Below are positions 1 through 8,798 of a stretch of DNA of 56,002 nt, piece after piece. A model generated the notes under the pieces. That model was given only the letters and a program-made list of their open reading frames with translations. It was not told where the DNA came from and did no database searches. The DNA lies in the IMG/VR virus record IMGVR_UViG_3300021197_000758, positions 1 to 56,002 of that record. One strand, given 5' to 3'. Each line of letters begins with the position of its first letter. Positions within the stretch are counted from its first letter, which is position 1. Source of the stretch: a virus. Lineage: Duplodnaviria > Caudoviricetes. Both the position numbers and the translations under genes were made by a program.

Positions 1-8
1 AAATCACT

Positions 9-515
9 ATGGAAAAATTAAAGACAAAGGTGCTTAGGCACATAACTGTATTCGGATGTAGCGTATCAGAATTAGAAAACAAATTAAGTACAATAGACGG
101 CGATAGCATTGTAACAAATAACGGAACATACACCATTAAGGTTGGTGGTTATGCTTACGATTGGATTCTATCCAACGTAGAGTCTTACTATGATGATCAG
201 TGCTTCATTAGAAATGAGAAGCTAATCGCTAACTTATTCAATTCTGAGATGCACGACCTAAAGTCTAACAGTGGAGTTGTTGACTCAAGTCTTCTGAATT
301 TAGTTGTCAATCACGTTTACAAGGAAGGTATGATAGTACCTAATAATAGGTATCTGATAATAGCTAAGTTACTTAATAACATAGACACCATTATTGAAAA
401 TAATGACGAGTTGGTAGCTGATGCAATGGCTGATGCAATAATAAACATAGTCGCACTATCTGAGATAGAGATTCACCCTATTGAGTATGCGATAAAATCT
501 AAGTTAAAACATTAA
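9..515 (+). CDS. hypothetical phage protein (168 aa)
   Basis: ATG-started ORF in a tightly packed + strand run; C-terminal DAMADAIINIVAL faintly recalls a MazG-type helix but is not diagnostic. Confidence 0.7.
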   Translation: MEKLKTKVLRHITVFGCSVSELENKLSTIDGDSIVTNNGTYTIKVGGYAYDWILSNVESYYDDQCFIRNEKLIANLFNSEMHDLKSNSGVVDSSLLNLVVNHVYKEGMIVPNNRYLIIAKLLNNIDTIIENNDELVADAMADAIINIVALSEIEIHPIEYAIKSKLKH

Positions 516-526
516 AAAATAGAGTT

Positions 527-946
527 ATGAGTAAGGAAATTATAGCATTTAACAATGCAATCGATGTGTCACCTATGTATAACCCACTTAGTAAAGGGAA
601 TTATTCCCTAGAAAAAATTCTAGAGGACGTATGTAATTATTATAATTTAAAAATAGATTTTGTTAAGAGTAATGATAGGTATCAAAACCTTGTTAATGCA
701 AGGCAAGTATACTGTTACTTGTGTAGAAACTACACCGTAGCATCACTTAGTGAGATTGGAAATCTAATTAATAGAGACCATAGTACGGTTGTTTGGTCTG
801 TCAATAAAATTAAAGACTTTATTGATGTAGACAAGTCTACTTCGAGAGACATAGAGTCTATAGTAAATTCAGACAAAGAAGTGTACCGAGAAGATGTAAG
901 AAAAGTTGTTAAGCAAATAAGAGATAGTTATGGTAAGGGATATTGA
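527..946 (+). CDS. DnaA C-terminal (domain IV) HTH DNA-binding protein
   Basis: ARQVYCYLCRNYT..SLSEIGNLINRDHSTVVWS matches the DnaA domain IV signature (RQ..MYL...SL..IG..F.RDHTTV); no AAA+ domain. Confidence 0.85.
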   Translation: MSKEIIAFNNAIDVSPMYNPLSKGNYSLEKILEDVCNYYNLKIDFVKSNDRYQNLVNARQVYCYLCRNYTVASLSEIGNLINRDHSTVVWSVNKIKDFIDVDKSTSRDIESIVNSDKEVYREDVRKVVKQIRDSYGKGY

Positions 947-1130
947 TGAGATATATAAGGCAATAGATTTATCGGTAAGTTATAGTGACTTATCGATATG
1001 CTGCCGAATGATGGAAAGTCTTAAAGACTTTATTAATGACAAAGAGTTTATGAGTCTACTTGATGCCATAGCTAAGAGAAGAAATGTTATATCTTCTTCG
1101 ATTGAGGATGTCCAAAAAAGTGGACAATAG
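930..1130 (+). CDS. hypothetical protein (66 aa)
   Basis: Overlaps the upstream gene end, operon-like packing; its stop lies inside the palindromic element at 1108-1163. Confidence 0.55.
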   Translation: MVRDIDEIYKAIDLSVSYSDLSICCRMMESLKDFINDKEFMSLLDAIAKRRNVISSSIEDVQKSGQ

Positions 1131-1163
1131 ATTATTAACTAAAGAGTAAGTATCTAATGTCCA
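1108..1163. repeat. pseudo-palindromic element, copy 1 (TGTCCA / TGGACAATAG-N23-CTAATGTCCA); putative operator or origin site
   Basis: Arms TGGACAATAG (1121-1130) and CTAATGTCCA (1154-1163) are inverted repeats with 1 mismatch; extra TGTCCA half-site at 1109-1114; second copy at 55617-55671. Confidence 0.85.
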
Positions 1164-1795
1164 ATTTTAAGAGAATAGACTTCCTGCATAAACATCGTAT
1201 ACTCTACAGAAGAATGCCCATCAGTGATGTGCCTACGGAGTCTTATGATTGGGGATTCTACTACGAGAATGGGACTCACGAGTGCTTTGAATTATTTAAC
1301 TCAGAGGCTAAGATAAGCACCTACAAGTCACTTAAGTGGCACTTGCTTGTAATTAGGCATCTGAATAAAGATATAAGTTTAGATTTATTTAATAGGGTTT
1401 CTAAGTTTATATCAGACAAGAGGAATGGATTCGTTACGTTCGATGTATCTGACATAGCTATGCATCATATGATTAAAGATACGCTAGAGATGGATGTAGA
1501 TAGACCCCCAAGTAATAAGCTAAGGAAGGTTATATTTAAGCCATTCTGTGGACTTAGTAGGAGCGAGAAGATGTCTATAGTTGGTAAGATTATGGGTAGG
1601 ACTACTAAGGTTACTCAAAAATCTATTTTTGCTGCGATGGATGTCATACATTGTAGAGGAGATAAGATAACGCTTGGGAGTATAGCTAAGGAGTTATCTT
1701 GCAGTACTAAGTCAATACAGCGGAACGTAAACGATGACTTTAATAGTAGGAAGAGGGAGATGAATAACGCTATAAAAAAACCAAGAAGAAAATAA
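1157..1795 (+). CDS. DNA-binding protein with C-terminal HTH, possible replication initiator (212 aa)
   Basis: C-terminal ITLGSIAKELSCSTKSIQRN is a typical HTH; its ATG lies inside the right arm of the palindromic element; the initiator role is inference. Confidence 0.6.
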   Translation: MSNFKRIDFLHKHRILYRRMPISDVPTESYDWGFYYENGTHECFELFNSEAKISTYKSLKWHLLVIRHLNKDISLDLFNRVSKFISDKRNGFVTFDVSDIAMHHMIKDTLEMDVDRPPSNKLRKVIFKPFCGLSRSEKMSIVGKIMGRTTKVTQKSIFAAMDVIHCRGDKITLGSIAKELSCSTKSIQRNVNDDFNSRKREMNNAIKKPRRK

Positions 1796-1819
1796 ACTAT
1801 ATTATTAATAAAAAAACAT

Positions 1820-1827
1820 TATCTTTG
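1820..1827 (+). promoter_or_regulatory. Bacteroidota-type -7 promoter box TATCTTTG
   Basis: Exact TAnnTTTG match in an AT-rich intergenic stretch, 25 nt before the sigma-factor ATG; no clear -33 TTTG seen. Confidence 0.5.
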
Positions 1828-1851
1828 TCCTATATTTTAAAAGATGTAGGT

Positions 1852-2610
1852 ATGAAAAAGTATAATTTAAAAAACTACATTCGCTATAAAGAAGACTTAA
1901 GTAGATGTATTCCAGTAGGTAAAGACTTAAAGGATTACACTAGAGACGAATTTATAGTAGGGTTTATGCCATTGTGCGAAAACTTAGCAAGAAAATTTTC
2001 ATCAACTGAACAGTCTATAGGTGCGTTAACTGTAGAAGACTTAATTCAATTTGGGGCTGAAGGGTTAATAAAGGCAGTAGACAAACTCGACTACGATAGG
2101 GTTATGGCTTCTGAAAACATAGAGAAAACGCTTCAGTCCTTCTTTGGTAAAAGGATAAGAGGATCTATTCGCAGAAGGATAGACGAGAGCAGGTCCTCTA
2201 TGAGGATTCCAGAACATAAAAGAAACTCTATGCGTAAGGACTCTGACAATAAAAAGAATGTAGAGATATTCTTTAAGTCTATTTTCTTGAGTATAGATGA
2301 ATTCTCTACAGATGAGGATGGCGATAGCATATTCTTTGAAGTTGCTGACAATTCAGAGCCGTATAACGTAGAGATACTCAACTCTTACTTGAAAGGCGTA
2401 ATGAAGAAGTACTTAGATAGAAAGGAGTATGAGGTGCTTAGAATGTCTTACGGACTTGACTGCGTAAGTTACCCAGCTATAGAGATAGCTAACATCCTTG
2501 GATTGAATGGAGCGAGTAACTTTGTTAGAGTATCCGAAATAAAAAGGCAAGCAGTGGATAAATTAATATTAAATGTAGATTACAATCAATTAATGGATAA
2601 ATTAAATTAA
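1852..2610 (+). CDS. phage-encoded sigma70-family RNA polymerase sigma factor
   Basis: Region 2 EDLIQFGAEGLIKAVDK, RIRGSIRRRID..RIPEH; region 4 LDRKEYEVLRMSYGL..EIANILG. ATG 1852 preferred over TTG 1825, which falls in the promoter box. Confidence 0.88.
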   Translation: MKKYNLKNYIRYKEDLSRCIPVGKDLKDYTRDEFIVGFMPLCENLARKFSSTEQSIGALTVEDLIQFGAEGLIKAVDKLDYDRVMASENIEKTLQSFFGKRIRGSIRRRIDESRSSMRIPEHKRNSMRKDSDNKKNVEIFFKSIFLSIDEFSTDEDGDSIFFEVADNSEPYNVEILNSYLKGVMKKYLDRKEYEVLRMSYGLDCVSYPAIEIANILGLNGASNFVRVSEIKRQAVDKLILNVDYNQLMDKLN

Positions 2611-2615
2611 ATCAA

Positions 2616-3050
2616 ATGAAGAAATACAAAGTAAAAGTTTACAAAGATAGAACCGTTTGGTGTAATTCGGAAGGTCAAATCCATAGAGAAGACGGCCCAG
2701 CTATTGAATACACAAATGGTGATAAATATTGGTATATAAATGGTGATGCTCACAGAGAAGACGGTCCAGCTATTGAACGTGAAGGTGCATGTACTAAGTG
2801 GCTTATGAATGGTCTATTTCACAGAGAAGACGGACCTGCCGTAGAGTATGGAGATGGTGAGAAACATTGGTATATAAATGGTAGGCTTCACAGAGAAGAT
2901 GGCCCAGCTAGTGAGTATGCAGAGGGTAATAAATATTGGTATATAAATGGCAAAGCGTTAACTGAATCACAATTTAATCAAAGAATAAACTCATATGAAG
3001 ATACCGTAGTAGAAATATACGGCAAAAAGTATAAACTAACTCAAGTATAA
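2616..3050 (+). CDS. HREDGPA-repeat protein (144 aa)
   Basis: Four 23-aa repeats HREDGPA(I/V/S)E...K.W(Y/L).NG, a family common in phages and giant viruses. Confidence 0.85.
   Translation: MKKYKVKVYKDRTVWCNSEGQIHREDGPAIEYTNGDKYWYINGDAHREDGPAIEREGACTKWLMNGLFHREDGPAVEYGDGEKHWYINGRLHREDGPASEYAEGNKYWYINGKALTESQFNQRINSYEDTVVEIYGKKYKLTQV
2682..2957 (+). repeat. 4 x 69-bp coding tandem repeat
   Basis: CA(T/C)AGAGAAGA(C/T)GG starts at 2682, 2751, 2820 and 2889. Confidence 0.9.
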
Positions 3051-3074
3051 ATATTTACAATTAAATTAAATGAA

Positions 3075-3767
3075 ATGGAAGCAATAAACAGACCTTTATC
3101 TGTCGAAGAGATAGACTTTAGGATTCAGAGTATTAACAATGGCAAGTACGCCACAATATTAGCCTACAAGGATGCGAGGGTAGATATGAATAGGTTGGAC
3201 GAAGCTTTTGGGGTATTCGGATGGAAACGAGAGCATACTAGAGACAACAAGAACTGTATAATCTCAATATGGGATGCCGAAAATAAGCATTGGGTATCTA
3301 AGGAAGACACTGGAACAGAGAGTAACACTGAGCAAGCTAAGGGATTAGCTAGTGACTCATTTAAGAGAGCAGGCTTTAACATTGGTATAGGTAGAGAGTT
3401 ATACGACTACCCAGTCATATCAATTAGATTGAATGACGATGAAGTTACTAAGGTTGGTGATAAGTACAGACAGTCGTACAATTTGAAGCTAAAGGATTGG
3501 ACTTGGGAAAGTAAGTTTGAAGATAGTAAGATTGTATTCTTAAAAGCTACTGACGACAAAGGCAAAGGTAGATACCTTTGGAGCATTGGCAATAAAGCAA
3601 AGCCAATTCAATCGAAAACAGAATCTCTGTTAGCAATGGATGCAGCTGCACTTGCAGGGGCTATTAAATTCGTAGCGGGCGGTGGAGACATTAGCAAGAT
3701 TAACACTAAATATAAAATGAGCAAAGCTCAGGAGTTACAAATAAAATCAGCAGTAAAAAATGGATAA
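3075..3767 (+). CDS. Sak/Rad52-like single-strand annealing protein
   Basis: LAYKDARVDMNRLD, KEDTGTES..EQAKGLASDSFKRA.FNIGIGRELY are Rad52/Rad22-family phage SSAP motifs; adjacent to an exonuclease. Confidence 0.85.
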   Translation: MEAINRPLSVEEIDFRIQSINNGKYATILAYKDARVDMNRLDEAFGVFGWKREHTRDNKNCIISIWDAENKHWVSKEDTGTESNTEQAKGLASDSFKRAGFNIGIGRELYDYPVISIRLNDDEVTKVGDKYRQSYNLKLKDWTWESKFEDSKIVFLKATDDKGKGRYLWSIGNKAKPIQSKTESLLAMDAAALAGAIKFVAGGGDISKINTKYKMSKAQELQIKSAVKNG

Positions 3768-4494
3768 GAAAGAAATAATCGAAAAGCTTAGAGACGATGA
3801 TCACTACTACGGTGAGTTTGGGCAGCAATACTTGTCTAATTCTAAGATAAAAACACTACTTGAGAACCCATTAGCATTTAATGAACCTCAAGAGCCTAAC
3901 TCTAACTTTATAATCGGTTCGTACTTCCATACGTCAATATTAGAGCCTGAGAAGAAAGAAAACTTTAAAATAATAGATTCATCCACAAGGACTACAAAAA
4001 TATATAAGGAGGAGTCTGGTGGCGAAATGTGCCTACTTTTAAAGGAGAAGGAAGCTGTGGATATTATGGTTGACAAAGTAATGAACATAAAGGCTCTCAG
4101 TCGTTTAATCAAGGGTGGCGATAGCATAGAGTACGAAGTTCCAAATATTGCAGACTTGTTTGGTAACAAGTGGAAAGGTAAGGCTGACATAGTTAATCAT
4201 GATGAAAAACTTATTGTAGACTTGAAGACTACTTCAAATATTAATAACTTTGAGTGGTCTGCTAGGGATTACAACTACGATTCTCAAGCTTGGTTGTATA
4301 AGCAGATGTTTGGCTACGACATGGTCTTTATTGTGATTGACAAGAACACCTTGCAGACTGGATACTTTGAATGCTCAGAAGAATTCTTAAGTAGAGGAAT
4401 GGAGAAGGCTAAGAAAGCAAGTGGGGTTTACGACCTTTTCTTTAAGAACGAAGACTTTAATTCAGAACAATTTTTTATTAATCGTACACTATAG
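3760..4494 (+). CDS. PD-(D/E)XK exonuclease (RecE/exonuclease VIII-like, DUF3799 type)
   Basis: LSNSKIK, GSYFHTSILEP, KGKADIV..IVDLKTT, YNYDSQAWLY. Confidence 0.85.
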   Translation: MDKKEIIEKLRDDDHYYGEFGQQYLSNSKIKTLLENPLAFNEPQEPNSNFIIGSYFHTSILEPEKKENFKIIDSSTRTTKIYKEESGGEMCLLLKEKEAVDIMVDKVMNIKALSRLIKGGDSIEYEVPNIADLFGNKWKGKADIVNHDEKLIVDLKTTSNINNFEWSARDYNYDSQAWLYKQMFGYDMVFIVIDKNTLQTGYFECSEEFLSRGMEKAKKASGVYDLFFKNEDFNSEQFFINRTL

Positions 4495-4514
4495 TACACA
4501 AAAACAATTTAATT

Positions 4515-4877
4515 ATGGCAAATAAGATTACAATAACAATTAGTAAAGACAAAGAAAAAGAGATATCATTTAAGAGGTCGTACAAAAACAAAGAAGGAGT
4601 TAATGTAGAAGTGAGTGAGCTTAAGTTCGAATTAATAGAAATGAAAGAGGAGTCTAAAAAGGTTGTTTACGACTCTGAAAAATTTCAACTAATTAAAACT
4701 CACTTTGCTGTTAAGCCTCAAAGTGCTGAAGATAGAAAGAATAAAGTCGAAACGGTATATGTAGGCGAAGGTATTACTCAGGCTTGGAAAGATGATAATG
4801 GAGGTGGTAGTCAAAGTCAAAGTCCATCTCAGCAGAATAATGCTCCAGTTGCAGAAGATGATGATCTTCCATTCTAG
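4515..4877 (+). CDS. single-stranded DNA-binding protein-like
   Basis: G/S/Q-rich linker then acidic EDDDLPF C-terminus; sits between the recombination genes and the primase-helicase. Confidence 0.65.
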   Translation: MANKITITISKDKEKEISFKRSYKNKEGVNVEVSELKFELIEMKEESKKVVYDSEKFQLIKTHFAVKPQSAEDRKNKVETVYVGEGITQAWKDDNGGGSQSQSPSQQNNAPVAEDDDLPF

Positions 4878-4893
4878 TAAGCAAAACAATAGC

Positions 4894-4919
4894 GGTGGAG
4901 AGCAATCGTGTTCTCCACC
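4894..4919 (+). other. intergenic stem-loop GGTGGAGAGCA-ATCG-TGTTCTCCACC
   Basis: 11-bp stem with one G-U pair, no U-tract; between the SSB-like gene and the primase-helicase. Confidence 0.6.
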
Positions 4920-4948
4920 ATAATTAAAATCAAATAAAACATATACCT

Positions 4949-6667
4949 ATGAATGTAGAGACAAAAGAAATAAATGGATTCATTATAGACACCTTTAATC
5001 AGTACGAATTGGAGACTGGTAAAACTCAAGGTGTGTGTCCTCTATGCTCTGAAGACAGAAAGGAGCAGAACAGAAAAGCTAAGTGCGCTTCTTATGACTG
5101 GGATAGAGGCATTGGAACTTGTCACAATTGCAACGAAACATTTCAACTTCACACTTACAAAAGAAAAGGCAAGTCAGAGAAAGTGTACGTTAAGCCATCA
5201 AACTATGATGGGTCTAAATCTGGAACAAAAGTTGAGCAGTGGTTTAAGTCAAGAGGGATATCAAAGAAGACTATTGATGAGTTAAATGTTTCTGAAGGCG
5301 TAGAGTGGATGCCACAAACGCAAGCTGATGCCAATGTTATTAAATTCAATTACTTTATGGGTGGAGAACTTGTTAACATAAAGTACAGAGACGGAAGAAA
5401 AAATTTCAAACTATTTAAGGGAGCAGAGAAAATATTCTACAACATAGATAACATTGTAGGTCACAAGGACTGCATTATTGTAGAAGGAGAAATGGACGTA
5501 ATGTCTTTCTATGAGGCGGGTATAAAGAATGTAATATCAGTACCTAATGGGGCTACATTAAGTAGCAATAACTTAGACTATTTAGATAGCTGCATAGATT
5601 ACTTTGAAGACAAAGAAAGAATTATACTTGCAGTAGATTCAGATGATGCAGGTCAAGCTCTTCAAAGGGAGTTAATTAGAAGACTTGGTGCTGAATACTG
5701 CTACATAGTTACGTTCGAGGATTGCAAGGACGCTAATGAGTACTTAGTAAAGTACGGAATATCGAAGCTAAGAAGTAGGGTGTTAACTGCATCTCCAGTT
5801 CCACTAGAGAATGTTGTTACGTTCAGAGATATTGAGGACGATATAGTTGACTTTGTTAAGAATGGATTCAAGAAAGGGTATCAAGTAAACCTACCAAACT
5901 TTGATAGTATATTTTCTACATACACTGGTCAGTTTATAACTGTTACCGGGATACCATCATCTGGAAAGTCTGACTTTGTTGATCAAATGGTTGTTGGATA
6001 CAATGAACTTTATGGGTGGAAGACAGCATTTGCGTCTCCAGAAAACGTACCTACATACATTCACGCACACAAGCTAATGCGTAAGACATGGAAGCGAATG
6101 CCAAGTAAGCACGACATCAATACTGAGAAGTGGAACGAGGTGGCAGAACACTGCAGTCAGAATTATTTTCACATAGATATGGATAGATATACCCTTGATT
6201 CAGTACTTAATAAAGGTGCTGAGTTAGTTAAAAGAAAGGGTATAAAGTGCTTAGTTATAGACCCATTCAATAAGGTTAGAGATATTGAATTAAAGACAGA
6301 AGACGTTACCAGATACACAATGGAATATCTATCTAAGATAGAAATATTTGCAAAGAAGTACGATGTTCTTGTATTTATAGTTGCTCACCCAACTAAGATG
6401 TACAAGGACAAGGATGGAAATCTTGATGAGCCTACTATGTACAGCATTAAAGGGGGAGGAGAGTGGTATGACGCTAGTTATCACGGACTTCTAGTTCACA
6501 GAAACTACGACAACAAGACTGTTAAAGTTAAGGTATTGAAGGTTAAGTTTCAAAACTTAGGAGATAATGGGGCTGAAGCTCATTTCACTTGGGACCCAGG
6601 TCCAGGAATTTATACACCTGTAGCTGCAGATATGGCTACTAACGAAAAATATCCTTGGGAGAAATAA
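4949..6667 (+). CDS. primase-helicase (T7 gp4/Twinkle-like: Zn finger, TOPRIM, SF4 helicase)
   Basis: CPLC..CHNC zinc finger; IVEGEMD and DSDDAG TOPRIM; KDANE; Walker A GIPSSGKS; LVIDP; VAHPTK. Confidence 0.95.
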   Translation: MNVETKEINGFIIDTFNQYELETGKTQGVCPLCSEDRKEQNRKAKCASYDWDRGIGTCHNCNETFQLHTYKRKGKSEKVYVKPSNYDGSKSGTKVEQWFKSRGISKKTIDELNVSEGVEWMPQTQADANVIKFNYFMGGELVNIKYRDGRKNFKLFKGAEKIFYNIDNIVGHKDCIIVEGEMDVMSFYEAGIKNVISVPNGATLSSNNLDYLDSCIDYFEDKERIILAVDSDDAGQALQRELIRRLGAEYCYIVTFEDCKDANEYLVKYGISKLRSRVLTASPVPLENVVTFRDIEDDIVDFVKNGFKKGYQVNLPNFDSIFSTYTGQFITVTGIPSSGKSDFVDQMVVGYNELYGWKTAFASPENVPTYIHAHKLMRKTWKRMPSKHDINTEKWNEVAEHCSQNYFHIDMDRYTLDSVLNKGAELVKRKGIKCLVIDPFNKVRDIELKTEDVTRYTMEYLSKIEIFAKKYDVLVFIVAHPTKMYKDKDGNLDEPTMYSIKGGGEWYDASYHGLLVHRNYDNKTVKVKVLKVKFQNLGDNGAEAHFTWDPGPGIYTPVAADMATNEKYPWEK

Positions 6668-6697
6668 ATAATTAATTAATTTCCTTATATTTACGAA

Positions 6698-6964
6698 ATG
6701 CCAGCACTAAAAAAGAAAGACCCAATGGGAGTTTATATGTTTACTGACGAAGAGTTTGAGGCTGCTAGGTGGTGTATTAAAAATGGAATAGTTATAAGTG
6801 TATTTCCATCATCTATGACTACTAGGTGGTACATAGATGTAGTTATAAATGGAAAGTCAAACTTAAGTCCAAAGACTTTTGGGTCGGTAGAGATATGGAT
6901 TAAACTATATGAATACTACTTATATTACTTTAATAAATACAATAAAAAAGATGAAAAGAAATAG
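6698..6964 (+). CDS. hypothetical protein (88 aa)
   Basis: ATG ORF after an AT-rich leader, in operon. Confidence 0.65.
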   Translation: MPALKKKDPMGVYMFTDEEFEAARWCIKNGIVISVFPSSMTTRWYIDVVINGKSNLSPKTFGSVEIWIKLYEYYLYYFNKYNKKDEKK

Positions 6965-7223
6965 TTTTTTTAAGAGTAAGGGGGTTATAACTATAATAGA
7001 TTTCCCATACAATAAGGTTAAGGGGAGACTTATGGATATGATTGGAGCAAATATAAGCATTGAAGGTAAAGATTTTACTATAAGTAAAGATTTTGCAATG
7101 TGGGTTGGGGTTGCTGCTAATTATTATTCTCGATCTAGTTGCTTTGTAAATACCAATGAAGCACTAATCATTTTGAATGATATAGAACGTAAGGGTCTTG
7201 AGTTAAATGTAAAAAAAGTTTAA
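6951..7223 (+). CDS. hypothetical protein (~90 aa)
   Basis: In-frame ATG 6951 of the 6909 ORF gives a short overlap with the upstream gene. Confidence 0.55.
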   Translation: MKRNSFFKSKGVITIIDFPYNKVKGRLMDMIGANISIEGKDFTISKDFAMWVGVAANYYSRSSCFVNTNEALIILNDIERKGLELNVKKV

Positions 7224-7241
7224 TCAGTAAATAATTTAATT

Positions 7242-7577
7242 ATGACAAAAGAAGATCAAGAAAAAAAGTTGGAAGAGATATTCAATACAATGAGGGGTGT
7301 CATCCTAAAAAAGGGTAACGACTACGCTAACTTAGATAGATTAAGTAACTTCAAGTTAGCAGGTTCTGTATCTGGACTTAGTGCAGAGCAGAATTGCTTG
7401 TCACTAATCGCAACAAAGGTAGCTAGACTTGGAGTTCTATTCAATTCAACAGAATCCCCAAATAATGAATCTATATTAGATTCAATTGTAGACTTAGGTA
7501 ACTATGCTGTTTTACTAAACATGATCGTTACGGAAGATAATTCAATTAATTCAAATAAAATTAGTAGTTATGAGTAA
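7242..7577 (+). CDS. DUF1599-like (nucleotide-modification-associated, alpha-helical NTP pyrophosphohydrolase-like) protein
   Basis: KKGNDYA..NF, KVARL, NESILDSIVDLGNYA pattern. Confidence 0.7.
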   Translation: MTKEDQEKKLEEIFNTMRGVILKKGNDYANLDRLSNFKLAGSVSGLSAEQNCLSLIATKVARLGVLFNSTESPNNESILDSIVDLGNYAVLLNMIVTEDNSINSNKISSYE

Positions 7578-8739
7578 GTATGATAAATACATAAGTGAAA
7601 TAAATGAAATAAGGGAAGACATGGGCTTCGGTTCAGATAGGATAGCCTTAGAGCTATCTAACAGACACCCTGAAGATAACATAAATGTTCCATCATTATC
7701 TAGGATGATACGAAAGAATGGGTGGATAACTAAGTCTATTGTTGATGAGTCTATGCACAGAAACAATTTAAACCCATCAGACAATTGGAAGCTATCGTGG
7801 ATAAAAGATTCAGTCACAGGAACTTCGACTTTAGTTGTTAATCCAGACTACAAAGATTCTGTTGCTGTTAAGTACGATAGAATCAGAGAGGACATGATTT
7901 CTGAAATGAGAGAAATGTCTCCCATAGTTAAGAAGTACGATAGGGTTGCTACACCTGACCCTCACTGTTTCGTTTTAGATATAGCCGACCTTCACGTTGG
8001 TAAGTTAGCGACGGAAGCTGGATCTAACAGCGAGTACAATGTAAAAATAGCTGTTGATAGGGCTATTGCTGGAGCTGAATCACTTATAGATAAGTCGTCT
8101 CCTTACAACATAGATATGATAGTTTTTGTGATAGGTAACGATGTGCTACACATAGACAACCCAAAGAGGCAGACTACAGCAGGAACAAGTCAAGATACAG
8201 ATGGAATGTGGTACGACAACTACGTTATTGCAAGAAAAGTTTATACTCAAATAATAAACAGACTTTCAACAATTGCTGACGTTCACGTTATTCACTGCCC
8301 ATCTAACCACGACTACATGACTGGATTTATGTTAGCAGATGCATTGAGTTGTTACTTTTACAATAATGAAAACATTACGTTTGACGTAAGTACTATTCAT
8401 AGAAAGTACTTTAAGTATGGGAACAATATGATAGCCCTAAGTCACGGAGACGGATGTAAGATTGATCAGATACCTTACTTAGCTGCAAACGAATCTCCAA
8501 AGATTTGGGCTGAGACTCAGTATAGATATGCCTACCTTCACCACATACACCACAAGGACTACTTTAAGTTTAGAGGTGGAAAGGATTTCATTGGAATGAC
8601 TGTTGAGTTTGTTAGGAGTCCAAGCTCTTCAGATAGATGGCACAATGATAATGGATACACTGGAGCTAAGGTAGCTATAGAGGCTTTTATTCATCACCCA
8701 CTGAATGGTCAAGTTAGTAGGTTAACTCATAATTTTTAA
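7570..8739 (+). CDS. calcineurin-like metallophosphoesterase with N-terminal HTH-like region
   Basis: Metal-ligand motifs DLHVG, GNDVLH, SNHD, SHGD, HHIHH. Confidence 0.85.
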   Translation: MSKYDKYISEINEIREDMGFGSDRIALELSNRHPEDNINVPSLSRMIRKNGWITKSIVDESMHRNNLNPSDNWKLSWIKDSVTGTSTLVVNPDYKDSVAVKYDRIREDMISEMREMSPIVKKYDRVATPDPHCFVLDIADLHVGKLATEAGSNSEYNVKIAVDRAIAGAESLIDKSSPYNIDMIVFVIGNDVLHIDNPKRQTTAGTSQDTDGMWYDNYVIARKVYTQIINRLSTIADVHVIHCPSNHDYMTGFMLADALSCYFYNNENITFDVSTIHRKYFKYGNNMIALSHGDGCKIDQIPYLAANESPKIWAETQYRYAYLHHIHHKDYFKFRGGKDFIGMTVEFVRSPSSSDRWHNDNGYTGAKVAIEAFIHHPLNGQVSRLTHNF

Positions 8740-8740
8740 T

Positions 8741-8748
8741 TATATTTG
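8741..8748 (+). promoter_or_regulatory. Bacteroidota-type -7 promoter box TATATTTG
   Basis: TAnnTTTG match at the start of an intergenic gap before the endonuclease gene. Confidence 0.4.
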
Positions 8749-8798
8749 TACATAATGGGTTTTTGATGTAATATTAATAAAACCACTTTTATTTAATT

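Noticed and set aside
400-515. MazG nucleotide pyrophosphohydrolase call for the first ORF
   Set aside because: Only a partial DA.AD helix resemblance; the EExxE metal-binding motif is missing
2682-2957. 69-bp periodic repeat as a CRISPR array
   Set aside because: Repeats vary at synonymous positions and encode a protein repeat; no constant repeat with unique spacers
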